From the NCBI GenBank assembly GCA_965235115.1, contig OZ249440.1:13454001-13518000 (forward strand): a stretch of 64,000 nt of DNA, written 5' to 3'. Made by a program: the position numbers and the translations under genes. The notes beneath the pieces are model-generated. The model was not told the origin of the DNA and did not search any database. It was given only the letters and a program-made list of their open reading frames with translations. The first letter of the stretch is position 1; each line of letters starts with the position of its first letter. Shown piece by piece: positions 1 to 13,449 of the stretch. This stretch comes from Laetmonice hystrix (lineage: Eukaryota).

Positions 1-565
1 GTATCGACACCTTATTTGATATTTCCGTGTTATTGCCCTAAAACACACATCATTTTACGATATCAGGGTGACTGCGCTGTGTGAGTGAGTGAGTAATGGT
101 GGTTTTACGACATGTCGGCATCCAGGACCATCTTCACGACAAGTAAAAAGACCCACTAGTGAAAGGGAGCTATTTTATCCCGTACTGTGCTGTGTAGATC
201 TACATGTATAGTAATGAAAGTAATTCCTTATGAGATAGGAGGCAGTGTATGATATGATATCCTGACTTAAATAAAGGAATATATTCAAGCTTTCAGTTTC
301 CTCTCTGATATACCGACATACATCTCCTTTGTCTTTGGTGTATTAATATGATCATATATTTAGACTCAGTACACCGTCCATGTTTGCCGAGTAGGCCTAC
401 TATACAGACATATCTTTCACCCACTAAGTTGGAATTAGAACCGATAAGGTGCCACATTTCCTTTGGCTGCTAGCCCCTTCCTGAAAGCTACATTTTCAGA
501 TGTAAAAAAGAAGTTTATACGTAAAATAGGTTCATCAAACGGAATGATTTTCTGTGTTTTTATAG

Positions 566-3500
566 CTGAAGTTTCTGGTTGTACGGTGTTACGTAACCAA
601 AGCATGGCCCGCGCCAAGCCGGAGATATTGACGGACAGGTCAGTGGGCGTGGTCTACAGCTGTGTGCCCGCCCCCAAGTCTCGCTCTGTCTCGAACGTCT
701 CCGAGGACGCGGCGGCTGGTCGGAGTCCTACCTTCGAGGCGCATGCGCTGGCCATCTACCGGAGTACACGGGGCGTGGTGGTAGTGAACGTCACGTGGCC
801 CTCGGAGGCTCAATCTGGGTCAACCGGAAGTGACGATCGTTACGTCATGCTGGCTCTGTCCAATTATTGGCCGACGTCGTGGGTTGTCGTCATCCCGCCC
901 TGGCGGCAACTGGGTGAAGTTATCGTGGTAGGTATCTTCTATAGAACTGATCCTAGACGCTGAGAGAAACAAGCAGGTGGTAATTTATCTGTTAAAACTC
1001 CAGATTTAATGTAAGATGTCTCAAAACTACACTTAGTTTCATCCAAACCGTAGTTTAATCCCAGCTCTCCGTCCTGACCGATCCCGTACGTCTGCCCACG
1101 TAGATCTGACCGGATCGACTCGAGGTTCCTATTCTATGCGTTTTCTCGGATCAATTGAGCCAGTCTGGGTGGGCTGACAGCCCTCCATCTGCCAAGTTGA
1201 CACTGAATTGATCGTATCTAAACTTGTGTTCCGTAAAATAAATGTTTCCAAGGTGGCAGCTGGTGTGGCAGGTCACGGTTTGGTCATATAGAGGAGAGCC
1301 ATATGGCTTCTCGGCTGTCGATTCCGCGCCTTCTACCAGTTCATTTGGACCCTTTTTGAGACGTCCCCTGTCAAGACGTCAAGACCCCCTCACAAATAAA
1401 GAATAAAAGTCCTATTTTAAAAACACCATATTATCCAATTGCAAAAGGATGGTTCAGTCCATGGCCCTATGTAGGGCTTATGTACTGCAGAGACTGCAGT
1501 GCAGCGCCCCACTGGGACAGAGGATTCGTAATCTCGCATGTCGGCCTACACATTGAGATTACCGAGATGCCGATATGTAAGGATACAAACAAACTTAGCG
1601 AGTCCAGTTACGTTAAGGTGAAAGCAGCAACGCACCCCACCACACTAAAACTCTAATCCATCCATGTTACACAATGGCAAGCCTCATCAGTCTAGATTAT
1701 ACCTTGCCCTGACATACCTCCCGTTATATCGGTTGGTTGCTTGAATGTGTCTTCATTTTCCGTTTCACTCATAGTCTTTGTTGTTTCCTTTTCATAGCCG
1801 GAACAGGCCGCGCCCGCCTAAACTCCGCCATCTTTGTTTACCTATATGAGTCTACGTACGGGCGGTTCCATGATTTTACCTCTGGGAGTTGGGGGGGGGG
1901 GGGCTAGATGTTAGATCGTCAAACTTGCCGCTGACAGTCGGCTGAGGTGGTTTCGTCCCGACAAATACTGACAATTTAATTTTACAGGCCATGCTCACTT
2001 AGGCCTAAGTGGACCACTTGCGGGGAACGTATAGAAGTCGGCCTATATCCGGAAAACAATGTTTTACTGGACGTTCAACAAAGTGGTCAAGTGGCTGTAG
2101 AGAGAAATCAGCCGGTTTTAGTGGTGTCGGTCTTCAGTTGCCTTCGTCGTGTATTTCCGACTGGGAATGTCATGAGTCGGTTAGAGAATGATGTCCGTAT
2201 AACTCACAACTCGTGTACAACGACACAATGCACAGTGTGAGAGAGCGAGGGTGTGTCCAGCATATGGCGTATCGAGTGTATGTCCTCTCCCTGTCGACTG
2301 TCTCGCCAGAATCAATAAAAAAATATCTCTCGGCCCACAGATGAGAGAGCGAGGGAGAGGAGGGGAGGGAGAGAGAGAGAGAGGGATAGAGAGAGATAGG
2401 CAGACAGACAGAGAGAGGGATAGAGAGAGAGCCAGACAGAGACAGAGAGAGGGATAGAGAGAGAGGCAACCAGCCAGACAGAAACAGGGAGAGGGATAGA
2501 GAGAGCCAGACAAAGACAGAGAGAGGGATAGAGACAGCCAGACAGAGACAGAGAGAGGGGTGGAGAGAGAGGGATTTATAAAGAGACAGAGAGAGGCAGA
2601 CAGCCAGACTGAGACAGAGAAAGGGAGAGAGAGACAGAGCGGGATAGAGAGAGAGAGAACAAAACAAAAGGGTACAGATATATACGAAAACGGGTACAAA
2701 ACTGCTAATTACAGAGAGAACAATAGACAGGCCTAATGAGATAAAAGGTACGGAGTACGTCATTCATAATGTATGTTTTGTATCCATTCACACCGACAAA
2801 TAGCAAGTTGGTTGACTGAGCAGCATCTAACGACACCATGTATATTAAAAAGGGTTTATTAACACCCTGTACAGAGTCTATGCGCATTGTCACCTCATTA
2901 ATGTGCTGTGACTGGGATTGGAAGTTTTAAAGTCCTCTCCGGCACCGAAAGGTCATAGAACTGTTCATGCACAATTTTATGTGTAAATTGTACGAGTCGA
3001 CCTGTGCGTACCATTATAATTGATATGGGGCCGTTCTGAAAAGGAACAGTAAACGACTTTGCATTATTCAGCGAGCCAGGCTGATAGAGACGTGCAGGCT
3101 GGCGGTATTATTACCGCTTTAGGTGGCGCCTCACATGGTCCCTCCGAGTGTGGGGGTGGGGGTGGTCAGGGGTGAAAGTGGGGCAAACATTATCTCTGAA
3201 TAACTACGAAAAAGATTCCTTAACCAGATATAGGCCTACTCACTCAATAGCAATGGACTAGACCATATCTCTAGGCCTATAGCCCTAAAGGTTGATCATA
3301 CTCAGCAGTTTCGGTCTCATTAACCTGAGCCACTGAAAGTATATGGCCTATAATTACCGATACATGTAGGCCTATAAGACCTATGTTTACGGATAACTAG
3401 GGAGTCTATTAACCTAATTAACACAAAGCTGTCCCGTATATATAAAGCGCTGCTGTCCTCAGTACGGCCTGTTGCAGACCTAGACGTAGGACCTAGTCAT

Positions 3501-3862
3501 GGCTCGGAAGATGTTTTAACAGTCGGACGAGGACGCTCATGAACATTTTGTATTTTTTCATGGATTCATGAAGATTGAATTATTTGTGTATTGCGGTGTG
3601 ATTGCAGTTCAGCCACGCCCACAGGAACACGACGGTGACGGTACGGCGGGCGTCGGCGGACGGCCGAGCAGTGCCCGTCAACACCTTCCACCTACACCCG
3701 GCCTCCTACCCACCCGGCTTCGGGGACGACACCCACATTGACACCAACACCCCCGCCATGCTCGACTACCTGTACGCTCAGTATGGAACACTGGCGAGCT
3801 TCACCGGTACCTATCAGGCCGACAGGTGGCAGCTCAGGGTTGGACACAGCGCCACCTCGTGA
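566..3862 (+). CDS. 3' part (last two exons, 566-927 and 3608-3862) of an uncharacterised protein; 5' exons lie upstream of the window
   Basis: Strong acceptor ttttctgtgtttttatag|566, open frame to ATC GTG|gtaggt (927). Acceptor gattgcag|3608 rejoins in phase 0 and runs to TGA at 3862. The joined peptide reads ...FEAHALAIYRSTRGVVVVNVTW...YVMLALSNYWPTSWVVVIPPWRQLGEVIV|FSHAHRN...PPGFGDDTHIDTNTPAMLDYLYAQYGTLASFTGTYQADRWQLRV and looks like a globular beta-rich domain. Family not named. Confidence 0.62.
2343..2657. repeat. GA-rich simple/minisatellite repeat (gagagagggataga-like)
   Basis: Purine-rich low-complexity tract seen directly; it generates the Leu/Ser-rich ORFs 2170-2763 and 2181-2699. 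Confidence 0.9.
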
Positions 3863-4180
3863 GACGCAGGAGAAGCGCGCGGTTTGATAGCGAAGTTCAC
3901 AGGGAATAATGGATTTTTTTCCTGTTGTGTGTATATAATAAGGATTCTTTAGCCAAAATAACGGACGGAAACTGCGTGATATCAGGCTATAATACATTCC
4001 AGACGATGCAAATTTGACCAAGTAGGATTACTGAAAAGATGATGTTGCTGAAAACTGGGCTAGGCCTAGGCCTAGAGAATCTACATGCACGATAGTCCTC
4101 GACCTCGAGGATAGGCCTACATAGGCCAGGTCTGAAAGGTGCATAGCCCTACATGTGCACCCAAATATTTTATGAAGACG

Positions 4181-4344
4181 CCGTGGGGGGCGTTTCAATA
4201 TCAAAAGATATCTTTGCCAAAGATATCTTTTGGACTAGTGCAGTCTGGATGGGGGGAGAGCGAGTGTTTAAATAAAGACCTCTTACCTGGCTCCAACGAG
4301 GTTTTCAAAGATATCTTTAAGCTATATTGAAAGACACCCCATGG
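4181..4344. mobile_element. Small palindromic MITE-like element
   Basis: Left end ccgtggggggcgtttcaatat..aaagatatcttt is an imperfect inverted copy of right end aaagatatcttt..atattgaaagacaccccatgg. A 31-bp palindrome lies at 4202-4232. No clear target-site duplication. Confidence 0.4.
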
Positions 4345-5489
4345 TTATATGCTTAGCGGTGCCTGAACATACAGAAGTAACGTTTATATAGACGTGAAGG
4401 TGATTACGTCAAGCTTTCACAATAAGAACATAGCGCTCTAGAAGGGAATCGCTTTGGCCTACAAACATATCTTACCTTTACCTGATCCAAGCTGCCTGGA
4501 TCTTGGAGTAGGCTAAACCGTGCATGTCCCCTCACATGCTTATAGGCAATAGGCCTACGTACCACTGTCAGGCAGCGTTATGGTTGGAGTCGTTCGTGGT
4601 AGAGAATGTGAATATATTCAAGTGCATCAGCCAGCAAGGACCCCCCCCCCCCCTCCTCCGGTTGGAGTGAGTTATCTTAGCTAAGTGTCGCCGTTAATCC
4701 GATGTCTACCTTGTATTGTCCCCTATGTCGGCAAAGGTCCATCGGGTAAAACTCTTCATTCCTTCACCCTTGGAAACAGCCACGTCCCACCGCGACTGCT
4801 TAATCGTTTTTACCTTGGTTTACATGGCATTATTGGGAAATCCCCAATAATATTATTAACTTTTAAAAGGAATTCTATGGCCAATCATAAATATAGTGCT
4901 GCCGCCAGACGGGCTACAAACCCGGTGTCTAGATTTCTATGCGCTAACAGTTTATGTCTGTAACGCCTGATTGTGGACCAGTTAACCTAAAGTCCACGTG
5001 TAAGTCACCCATACTGGTTTTATTATGTGTCTATCTTAGTCATTAATTATGGCGGCATCAATGTGCACGCATGTAGCTATGAGCTTAAAGGGACAATTAA
5101 TAAATCAAACCTAATTTTTTATGTCAGGGGCTGACATAAAGCGGGCACAATTGACACAAAATATGCATCCGTTAAAAGTTCTAATAATATTAATTAGCAC
5201 AATCAAGTAATCTCATTATATTTACAGTTAACTCTTTGTTTATTATGTTATATTATTTTGATGTTCAGGAGCTGAATTCAGGCCAATACCTGTGGATTTC
5301 TCACATGGAATGAGACTGTCCTACTTTGTGTTTCATTACAATGGGTCTATCCGTTCCTAGTCAGAAACACATTACCAACGGTCGTTTCCAATTTAGAAAG
5401 TTGTCTCTTTAAGCCCACAATGGCATATTGTATTGTCTGCGCTGGGTCAGTTTGAGTAGACAGAAGCCGTGTATATATTGTACAGTCCC

Positions 5490-5600
5490 CGAGGACGCGC
5501 CTCGTTCTGGCAGAAATGGTGAACGAAAGACGTCCCTAAATTAACCGGAAGTGCCGAGCTGAGCTGTCTCGCGCAGGCGCAGTTGTCAAGAACGAATTAG
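5490..5600. promoter_or_regulatory. CpG-rich promoter-like patch with ETS and NRF1-like motifs
   Basis: CCGGAAGT near 5545 and TCGCGCAGGCGCA near 5568-5581 in a locally CpG-rich patch. No CDS could be linked. Confidence 0.35.
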
Positions 5601-6797
5601 CGCTGACCACTGAACCACTGTGCCAACTGTTGATCCAAAGATAAACATTTCTTTCAATAAACAATCGTGGAATAAAAAGGACCTTCGTTTATCCAACTAT
5701 GTGTTGAAAAGATGACTATTTAACCTTCGGAATTATGGTGGGCGGTTAGGCAGTTTCTGTCTTTTATTATTATCCCATTTCTCTCGACACACACGGTTTC
5801 TAGACATAGCTGTTTGTTTGCCGATCGGCGGGCCGGGGAGTGGGGCTGTTAATTAACCGCATTAACCGATTCGCGCCATTATTACAAATATCTCTTATTT
5901 TTCTGAGGTAAACCAAGAGCGGCCCTTTCTGTTTTTCCTTGGATTACGATTAATGTACACTGTATCTTTGTCAACAGTGTTTGTTAGCATCTTTACGGTA
6001 GCCGTCAACACCGTCCGCAGTTAACGCCACTAATCGCCGTTCGGGTCATTTTGGAGTACCGTAATTAACAAGTCAAGGTAAATAAGATTCCCTGACATTT
6101 TATTTTCCTTGCTCAGTTTCAAGATACAGACTCTGACATGACCTGTCCCAGACGTGTACTGATGTCTGGTGGTAACGTTTACATCGTTTCAACCACCCTA
6201 GTCCGTTAAACTTGACATAATTCGCATACCTCAGCTTATTTACATCATCACTGCGCCATTATCGATGGATCGAGTATCAATAAATATAGGTCCAAATTGG
6301 GTTACCCCTGATGCCCGTGCATTTCAAAAGAAATACACACTTATATGTACAATCATGGCTGGATTTCTTAGATCCCGAAAGGTCGTACAGACGGGGGGGG
6401 GGGGGGGGCACCCTTCCTGGTCCGAACTCATCCATGCATCTTGTTCTATTTTATCACATATGATGCTAAATCAAACTGTGGGTTACATTTAAAATAAATG
6501 CTATCTGATTAAAGTATGATAAAACGGTATAAATATTCGTTATCATCATTTATATTAAATATCCCATCACACTCGAAACCATACAGGTCTACCATCTTTA
6601 AAATTGATTTTATAACAATAGCCAAACTGAAGTCATTCAATTAAACGCTTACTCATATAACTGACTGAATTAATATAAAAGATTATTATACCATTAATCG
6701 ACATCACATACACTAGATTATCATCACAGAGATTCTGCCATTAAAAATAATTAGGTGGGAGTGTGTGTGTTGGGGGGAGATCAACTAATCTCTTGAC

Positions 6798-9700
6798 CTA
6801 GTAAGAAATGGGAATGAGTGTGCGATTTGCCATGAGCATCTTGGTAGCGGCGGCGCTGCCTAGTGTTCCCTGGGAGACGAGCCGGGCCGTCTTTTCTTTG
6901 GTCCGCTCAAGTTCCGCCCACCGACCTTCCTCTCCAACCGCCTGTGTCAATCAAACATAATACATTCAGGGTTACTGCACCAAGGTCAAATACAGATAGA
7001 GAGTGTTAGAGATAGTTTAATGGGGTAGGTCTGGGGTTCAGTCAATGATAGAACGCCCTGTCCGTATTATACCAGCCATATTCAGGGTGAGACTATCTAT
7101 AAGAAACACTAGCGACGCCGTGAGCGGTGTCCAAGCAACCTCACTGACCTTCGCCTTGCTCAGGGCCCGGATTCTCTGAGTGGACTTTTTATCTGGGACG
7201 AGTTTCGCCTTCTCCTGTTCACGGCGGCGCTGGAGTCTGCGTTCTTCCAACCTCTCCTCCAGCTCCTTCAGTCTCTCGTCCTTCACTTCCGGTCGCTGGT
7301 GACGTGTTTTCTTTCTCTCCTCCAGCCTGCAAACACCAGCCACTTAATCCAACATCGTATCATTTCAATGAAAAATTCATGAAAATAATAACTGACCGGA
7401 CCCAGAGCCTGCTGGGATAGAGCGACGGGTTTCAGAGCCTGAGATACGGATTAACGAAGCAGGGATTAACGAGGTACTCACTTCACGGCCGCCGCCTTGC
7501 TTTTCTCTTTCCTGTGGCGGGAAATCGTCTCGAGTGTCGTCATCAACATCTCGTCTTTAGCCTGCAGGGATTAGGGGACATTACTTTAATCAGGCTTGGG
7601 GGGTGGGGAGTCTGTGTAATCTGGGAGGTCTGCATACCAACTTGGGTAAAAATGTCCTTATCCGGATTAAATAAATACACTCCCACCTTTTCTTAATAAG
7701 ACCCCCCCCCCCCCCGGAGAAATGGGTCTAATATAGAAGGACTGATAGATTTATATGTGCCATTTTTATCATCCCGCTCCTGTGTAGCCCTGGACGGCTA
7801 CCAACCTGTTTTGAGGCGAGGATGTCGTCCCGTCTCGCCTCTTCCTCCTCGACCTCCTTCACCTTCAGGTGTTGTAGACGCTCCCGTAACTATGGCAACA
7901 CATGACATAGAAACCGTCATTGCTCTGTTTTCCTGTTTTCTTTAACAATTGTATTTCAGGTAAAATTAAAGCAATACTTAATTTATTAAAATATCAGTTT
8001 CAGGTCTCTCCCTTTTAGACAAAATAAGCCTGGAAACTTGGATGCTGACATCACTTAGAGTTAGAGGCCCTCTACCAATTTATGATATCAGTAAGATCGC
8101 GGTGTTGTTGGATATCCTGAAACATTTAGAGGTGCCTGTTGACGGCCTGTGTTCAAAGTGAGTTGGCCCGTACCTCGGCTATGGACAATTCCGACAACAA
8201 GCCGTGACCCGCGCGCTCCGTCAGATCAACTAACTTCTGTCGCACAACAGGGGTCGCTTCCATCGCGCGAATCTCCTGGATGAGCGCCATCTTCTGGCGC
8301 ATCTCGGCCTCCGCCTGGTGGTCAAAGACGGAACTAGATTATTCACGTGGCAATCAAGAAAAATACGTATTTTAAAAGGTGAGTTGATAATGGGGAGATG
8401 AACTTTGATTTATAGTAGGCCCAAGGACGTTGTGCATTTTGACTTACCTCTTCTAGGGCCCGTCTCATCAACTCTTGACTTTCTTCATTTACTTCCTGTA
8501 CTGTAAGACACACATGCACAAAATCATTAAATAATTTCTGTTTCCGCATAACACATTTTCATTAATAAGCACATATTAATAAATATCAATATCTATCATG
8601 CTTGTCTGGCAAATAGGCAAAATTATATTTACTTGATCCTAACACTAAAGCCCTCACCTATCTTGGCCTTGTACTCCTGCAGTTTGACCTTGGCCTCGCG
8701 GGCGCCGGCGTGGGTGTCCATCACCTGCTCCACCAGATGTCTGAACGATAGGGTACGAAACTTTCAGTCTACATAAGCAAGTGCTTTCACGTCAAGTTTA
8801 GGTGATCATATATACTCCTTCTCATACAGTTGTAAACCCATCATTTTTTCTTTACTCATAGTCATACCCTTTCCAAATTCCAGATCAATTTTTGAGAGAA
8901 CTATATATAATTAACAACTGGATACCAATTTCCACTCTTTTCCATGACTTGTCTCATTTTCGAGATTACATTTTATTAACATTTCCTAGGAATGTCATCT
9001 AAACATGCTTACAAATGGCAACTAGCACTGCCACCTGGTGGCTGTACAAGAACCGAACTGCACTGACTGACCTCATTTGTTCCTCCTCATTGAGTCTCTT
9101 TTCGAGGTATTCCTGCATGAGTCGCTGGGCCTCGACCTTCATGTCTGCTACCTTCTGTTTGTTAGCCTGGATGAGGTTAGCCCGGGCCAAGATGGCGTCT
9201 TCATGACTTAACTTCCCTTCCAGCCGACGTCGTTCAATGTCAGCCAGCTCCTGCTCAAGGTCATTCTTCTTCATCCTTGATTGCCATTCCAAAAACTGTG
9301 ACGCGTCCCTGGCTCCGGCCTCCAGGCTCTCCAGTCTGTATGGCAAACGTCACCAGATGGTGGATTTATTATTTCATTTGTAAAAACAAAAACAAATCCT
9401 TGCTCAATTGAGCTGGACACTGTGACGTTGCAGGGGTCAACTGAACGGTGACTCACTTTTTGAGTTGGTCCTCCTCCCTCCTCTGGTAGAGTCGGCCTTC
9501 CCTCAGTATGGCTGCGGCGTTCAGTTTCACAGGAATGTTGTCGTTCTGAGGATACGATTACAGGGGTCAACAATTTACTAGGAATATCAAATCAGAGTTC
9601 CTGCCTGCCTTTTTTCAGTGTAGAGGTCCACCACATATTGTTCAGCAGAGACGTGGGTATGGTTTCATAGACGAGTTCATCTCCATGAAAAAACTTATTT

Positions 9701-12700
9701 TAGTTTCTATCTGTTTATAAGACAAGGCTTCATGTGCTTTGTAATGTGTAAATCAATACTAAAGGGCATTAGACGTACTCTTCAAAATCGTAACATTTTA
9801 TTAACTGAAATCTAGGCTTCTTTTTCTTTTAACACTTGACTTCTTGACCTACACCTACCAGGTCGGAGGTGCATGGCTGTTTGGACATAAAACATGCACA
9901 TATAGTTATAGAAATGTTTGCAAAACGGTCTCTATCAGGGAAACTATAGAATTAAATTACGAAGCAAGAGGTCTGACATAACTGTATTGCTCCAAACATT
10001 ATATCACAAAATTTATTAATAAAGATAAGGTAGCATCATTTGGGTAGGACGGATGGTTTTTGCCTTGTCTCCTCAGGAATAAAATTTATTAAGGCTGCAG
10101 GACTGTGAATGAGTGATTCTCAATGTCATCATCATTAATGATACACATGGTACAGCACATAGGTACGAGTTACTTACCAGCATGCTGGCAGGGACGGGGT
10201 TAGACTTGTGACGGTCAAAGTCTAGCTTGGTTTCCTCTTCCGCAAGGATAGATTGGAGTTTTCTTTGTGTTTTCTCTGATTTTTCTGGATTCGAACAAGC
10301 AAACTGAATCCTTGATGCCTCCATCAAACGTTCCTTAATAGAGAAACACGGTATGAGGCTTCATTTCATAATACATGTGTATGGGAAATTTCAGAATAAA
10401 AAAGAAAAGAAAGTCTTTTAGCGATCCCCCATCTGATAAAAACACTGACAATATATATTCAAAAGGTACACTTTTAATTTGCAGGATGTTTGTATGAATA
10501 TCTTCAAAGCTCTATAATTCTGTGCGATCTACAAATTCATTTTATGTGTTTAGAAACAGACAACACAGATACATGTACCATAGAATATAAAAGTGCAGCA
10601 CTATATTGTAACACATTATTACAAAAATTATGTCACTTAGTATACCTTTCTCCTCTTTTTTTGTTTCTCCTTTGAGGAAAAGAAACCAGCATCTATATTA
10701 TTTAACATAAACCTTTTGGAAATATCATATTTTTTACATCAGATTTCATGCCAAAACAGATTTCCGGTGTGAAGAATCTATCCGCATCAAAAATCTGTTA
10801 ACCTATCCAGTCAAGGACACCCTAACATATCTGTGCCTGGGTAAGCTATCAGAAGGGAATAGATGTAGATTTTGATACCATATACATGTACCTCTGCATG
10901 TCGACGGTTGATTTCTTTCTGGTGATAAATTGCTGACTGTTCCCTCGGAGGTTTGTACAAAGACTTTGGTACTGGGCGATGCTTTGTCAACTTTGGAATC
11001 TGAAACGATGGAATCAACAATTAACACTGTCAATGTTAATCAAAGGTTTTCCCATTACAACAACACCCAAGTTTGCCCAACTTTCTCTGCTGCACTAATT
11101 ATTTTTTGCATTATTTCTCTCTGGCAAATTCTTACTGGCTCTGGCATTGGCACACTGCGAGGACGAGGTTGTGTCAAGCTGAAAGGTTGGACTTCTGTTG
11201 TTTGAATCTTTTTCTTCTTTGGCATCACTTTGTTGTCAATTTTGTCTCGCAACTGTTGGACCATCTCAGTAAGCTCAGGGAGCCACCTGCCGGGAGAGAA
11301 ACACAACAGATACACATCAGATTAGACGTTGGCGCCACCTCCTGGGAATATAAAACATCAATGGAATCATAAGATTCTGTGTTTTAAACTGAGCACATAG
11401 AATTGTTCCAAGATTTTTTTTTCGTGGTGTGACCATGAGATTCTTACCTAAGTATGGGTGAAAGAAGAGTTGTCTGTACAAAGGTATGTTCATACAGCTT
11501 GGACCACTCATCCTTGATCCAGGTACGCAGGTTCTTCTCATCCAGGAAAAAACTCAGGAACTGAAAAATCAACAAAAAACCAGTGTCTTATGACCACTTT
11601 AAAAATAGAGAATACTTTCATATTTAACCTTATATTTCGAGATATTCTGTCAAGGTTGAACACTGTGAGTTAAAGTTTCATAATCTATTATTAGATAAAC
11701 ATGTCCATTATCTTGAATCAGACTATACTCACTTCTGTGTGTACCTGAAAGCAACTACATCAAAATATATCTCATCGTAACGTTTAAGTGCCTATAAGGC
11801 ATACAACTCAAGATAATTACCTTGTACATTTTATTGACATCTTGGGAACGAACAAAGCGATGAAAATGCCCAATCCCCAACTCATCTAGTCGAAATAATG
11901 CTATATAAGAAAATACTGAAAGGAAAACGAAATACATTACATTATGAATGATTATATTTATAGAAACTGTAAACATTTACTAAAATCACATGAATTTGGG
12001 TGTACTGGGTAAACAGATACAGACTAGACACGACCAAATCAGTCAGTCATGAGAAACAAGAAAATCTTAACATGATCAATCATGACCATTCAGCAAGAAC
12101 CATTTTCAAAAAGAAAACTCTATTTTGTATTATGCTGCAGTCACGCATTCCTTTTACCTCTATGACAATCACTAGTACTCAGTTCGAGATGTGTGACCAT
12201 TCAGTTACCTGAGCTGTCTGTGTCTCTTGTGACAATGCATGCAACCACAATTCTAGGTGAACATTCTCTAAAGACCCTGTTCCACTTTTTTGAATGTTGA
12301 ATACCTCTGACCATGCAAGTGGCCTATGACTTCTTGTTACTTACCAGTTCTCTTATAGCTGTAGTAATATACATAATAGAAATTATTCAAAGAATTGTTT
12401 TGCTTCACTATAGCCTGATGAAAATTTTTGACCAGATAATATCATATCATACTTTGTGTAGGTTTGGACAAATAAATTCTGAATACAATTTGATTTGTGC
12501 CTTTTAGCTATAAAATATTGGTTAATATTTTGACTATTTACTCCTATGTTAGCTGCAAAATGAGTCAGTCATCTCATGAATAACAGTTTAATGAAGTTAT
12601 TCGCCTAACAGTGGTCAATTGTTATCTTAACTTTTAAAGTGAAGCCTACCTTTGTACAGACTTCCCTCTGAGCGAAGAAGGTTCTTGCCTGCCTTAATAA

Positions 12701-13161
12701 AAAAGGCATCGATGACAACTTTGAGAACACTCGAGTATCTGATACAACCAGAGAAAACTTCCTTGACAAACGTCTGATTGCTGTCATCAAAATCCTGGAA
12801 AAAATTCAAATTAACTTGTCAGAAATAAGATTAGGCCTACTGGATGGAAAAAAGATTCAGGGACAGATGCAAGTTCTCAAAGCTCAGTATATCCTAGTTA
12901 TAACTAGAAGAATCCGAAATCTATTCCTTAACTCTATTGTACAAGGTCATTATACTAGTTGAAAAGAAATTTATGTGCAATCTAAGACTAAGTAAGCAAA
13001 ATAACTAAGTACTACTATGTCTATGAGATTAGGCGAGGGTCTGCCACCTGGAAGGAGTTAAGGTAATCCTCGACGTGTTTCTCCAGTGAGTGGGTCACTG
13101 GATTACAGGAGTCAAGCACCTCCACACAGCACCGGATGAGGTCCTTGTGGTTCACCTCCAT
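6798..13161 (-). CDS. CFAP99: Cilia- and flagella-associated protein 99, 16 coding exons, 665 aa
   Basis: Exons: 13048-13161, 12650-12794, 11821-11915, 11448-11560, 11136-11286, 10892-10999, 10178-10333, 9457-9545, 9072-9335, 8658-8740, 8448-8500, 8174-8314, 7806-7889, 7482-7561, 7149-7326, 6798-6941. All introns are GT-AG, phases are consistent, total 1998 nt including stop. Recognised CFAP99 motifs: FVKEVFSGCIRYSSVLKVVIDAF, NLRTWIKDEWSKLY, PFSLTQPRPRSVPMPEP, KLNAAAILREGRLYQ, RRLEGKLSHEDAILAR, KLVDLTERAGHGLLSELSIAELRERL. An acceptor at 13178-13180 suggests an upstream non-coding exon. Confidence 0.93.
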
Positions 13162-13449
13162 CTTTGTAGTCTGCGTCCTGGATTTAAATAACATCTCGTC
13201 AGTCTGTGATTTTTTAAAAATATTTTGAGAGGGGGGGGGGGGATTCATTTACGAAATGAAAATGTCAGAGCAAAAAGAAATGATCATAATTTGCCAAATC
13301 AATCTAACATTATCAACGAAATTCCATCATTTTTGCGCGATAGAGGTCTACATAACATAAGTTAATAGACTACATAGAAAATCGGCATGAGTTTCACACA
13401 GCACATTTCCCTACATTCCCTACTCAACGTATGTATATTTGTGAAAATA

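Noticed and set aside
2170-2763. 197/172-aa Leu/Ser-rich ORFs as membrane proteins
   Set aside because: They are translations of a GA microsatellite inside an intron.
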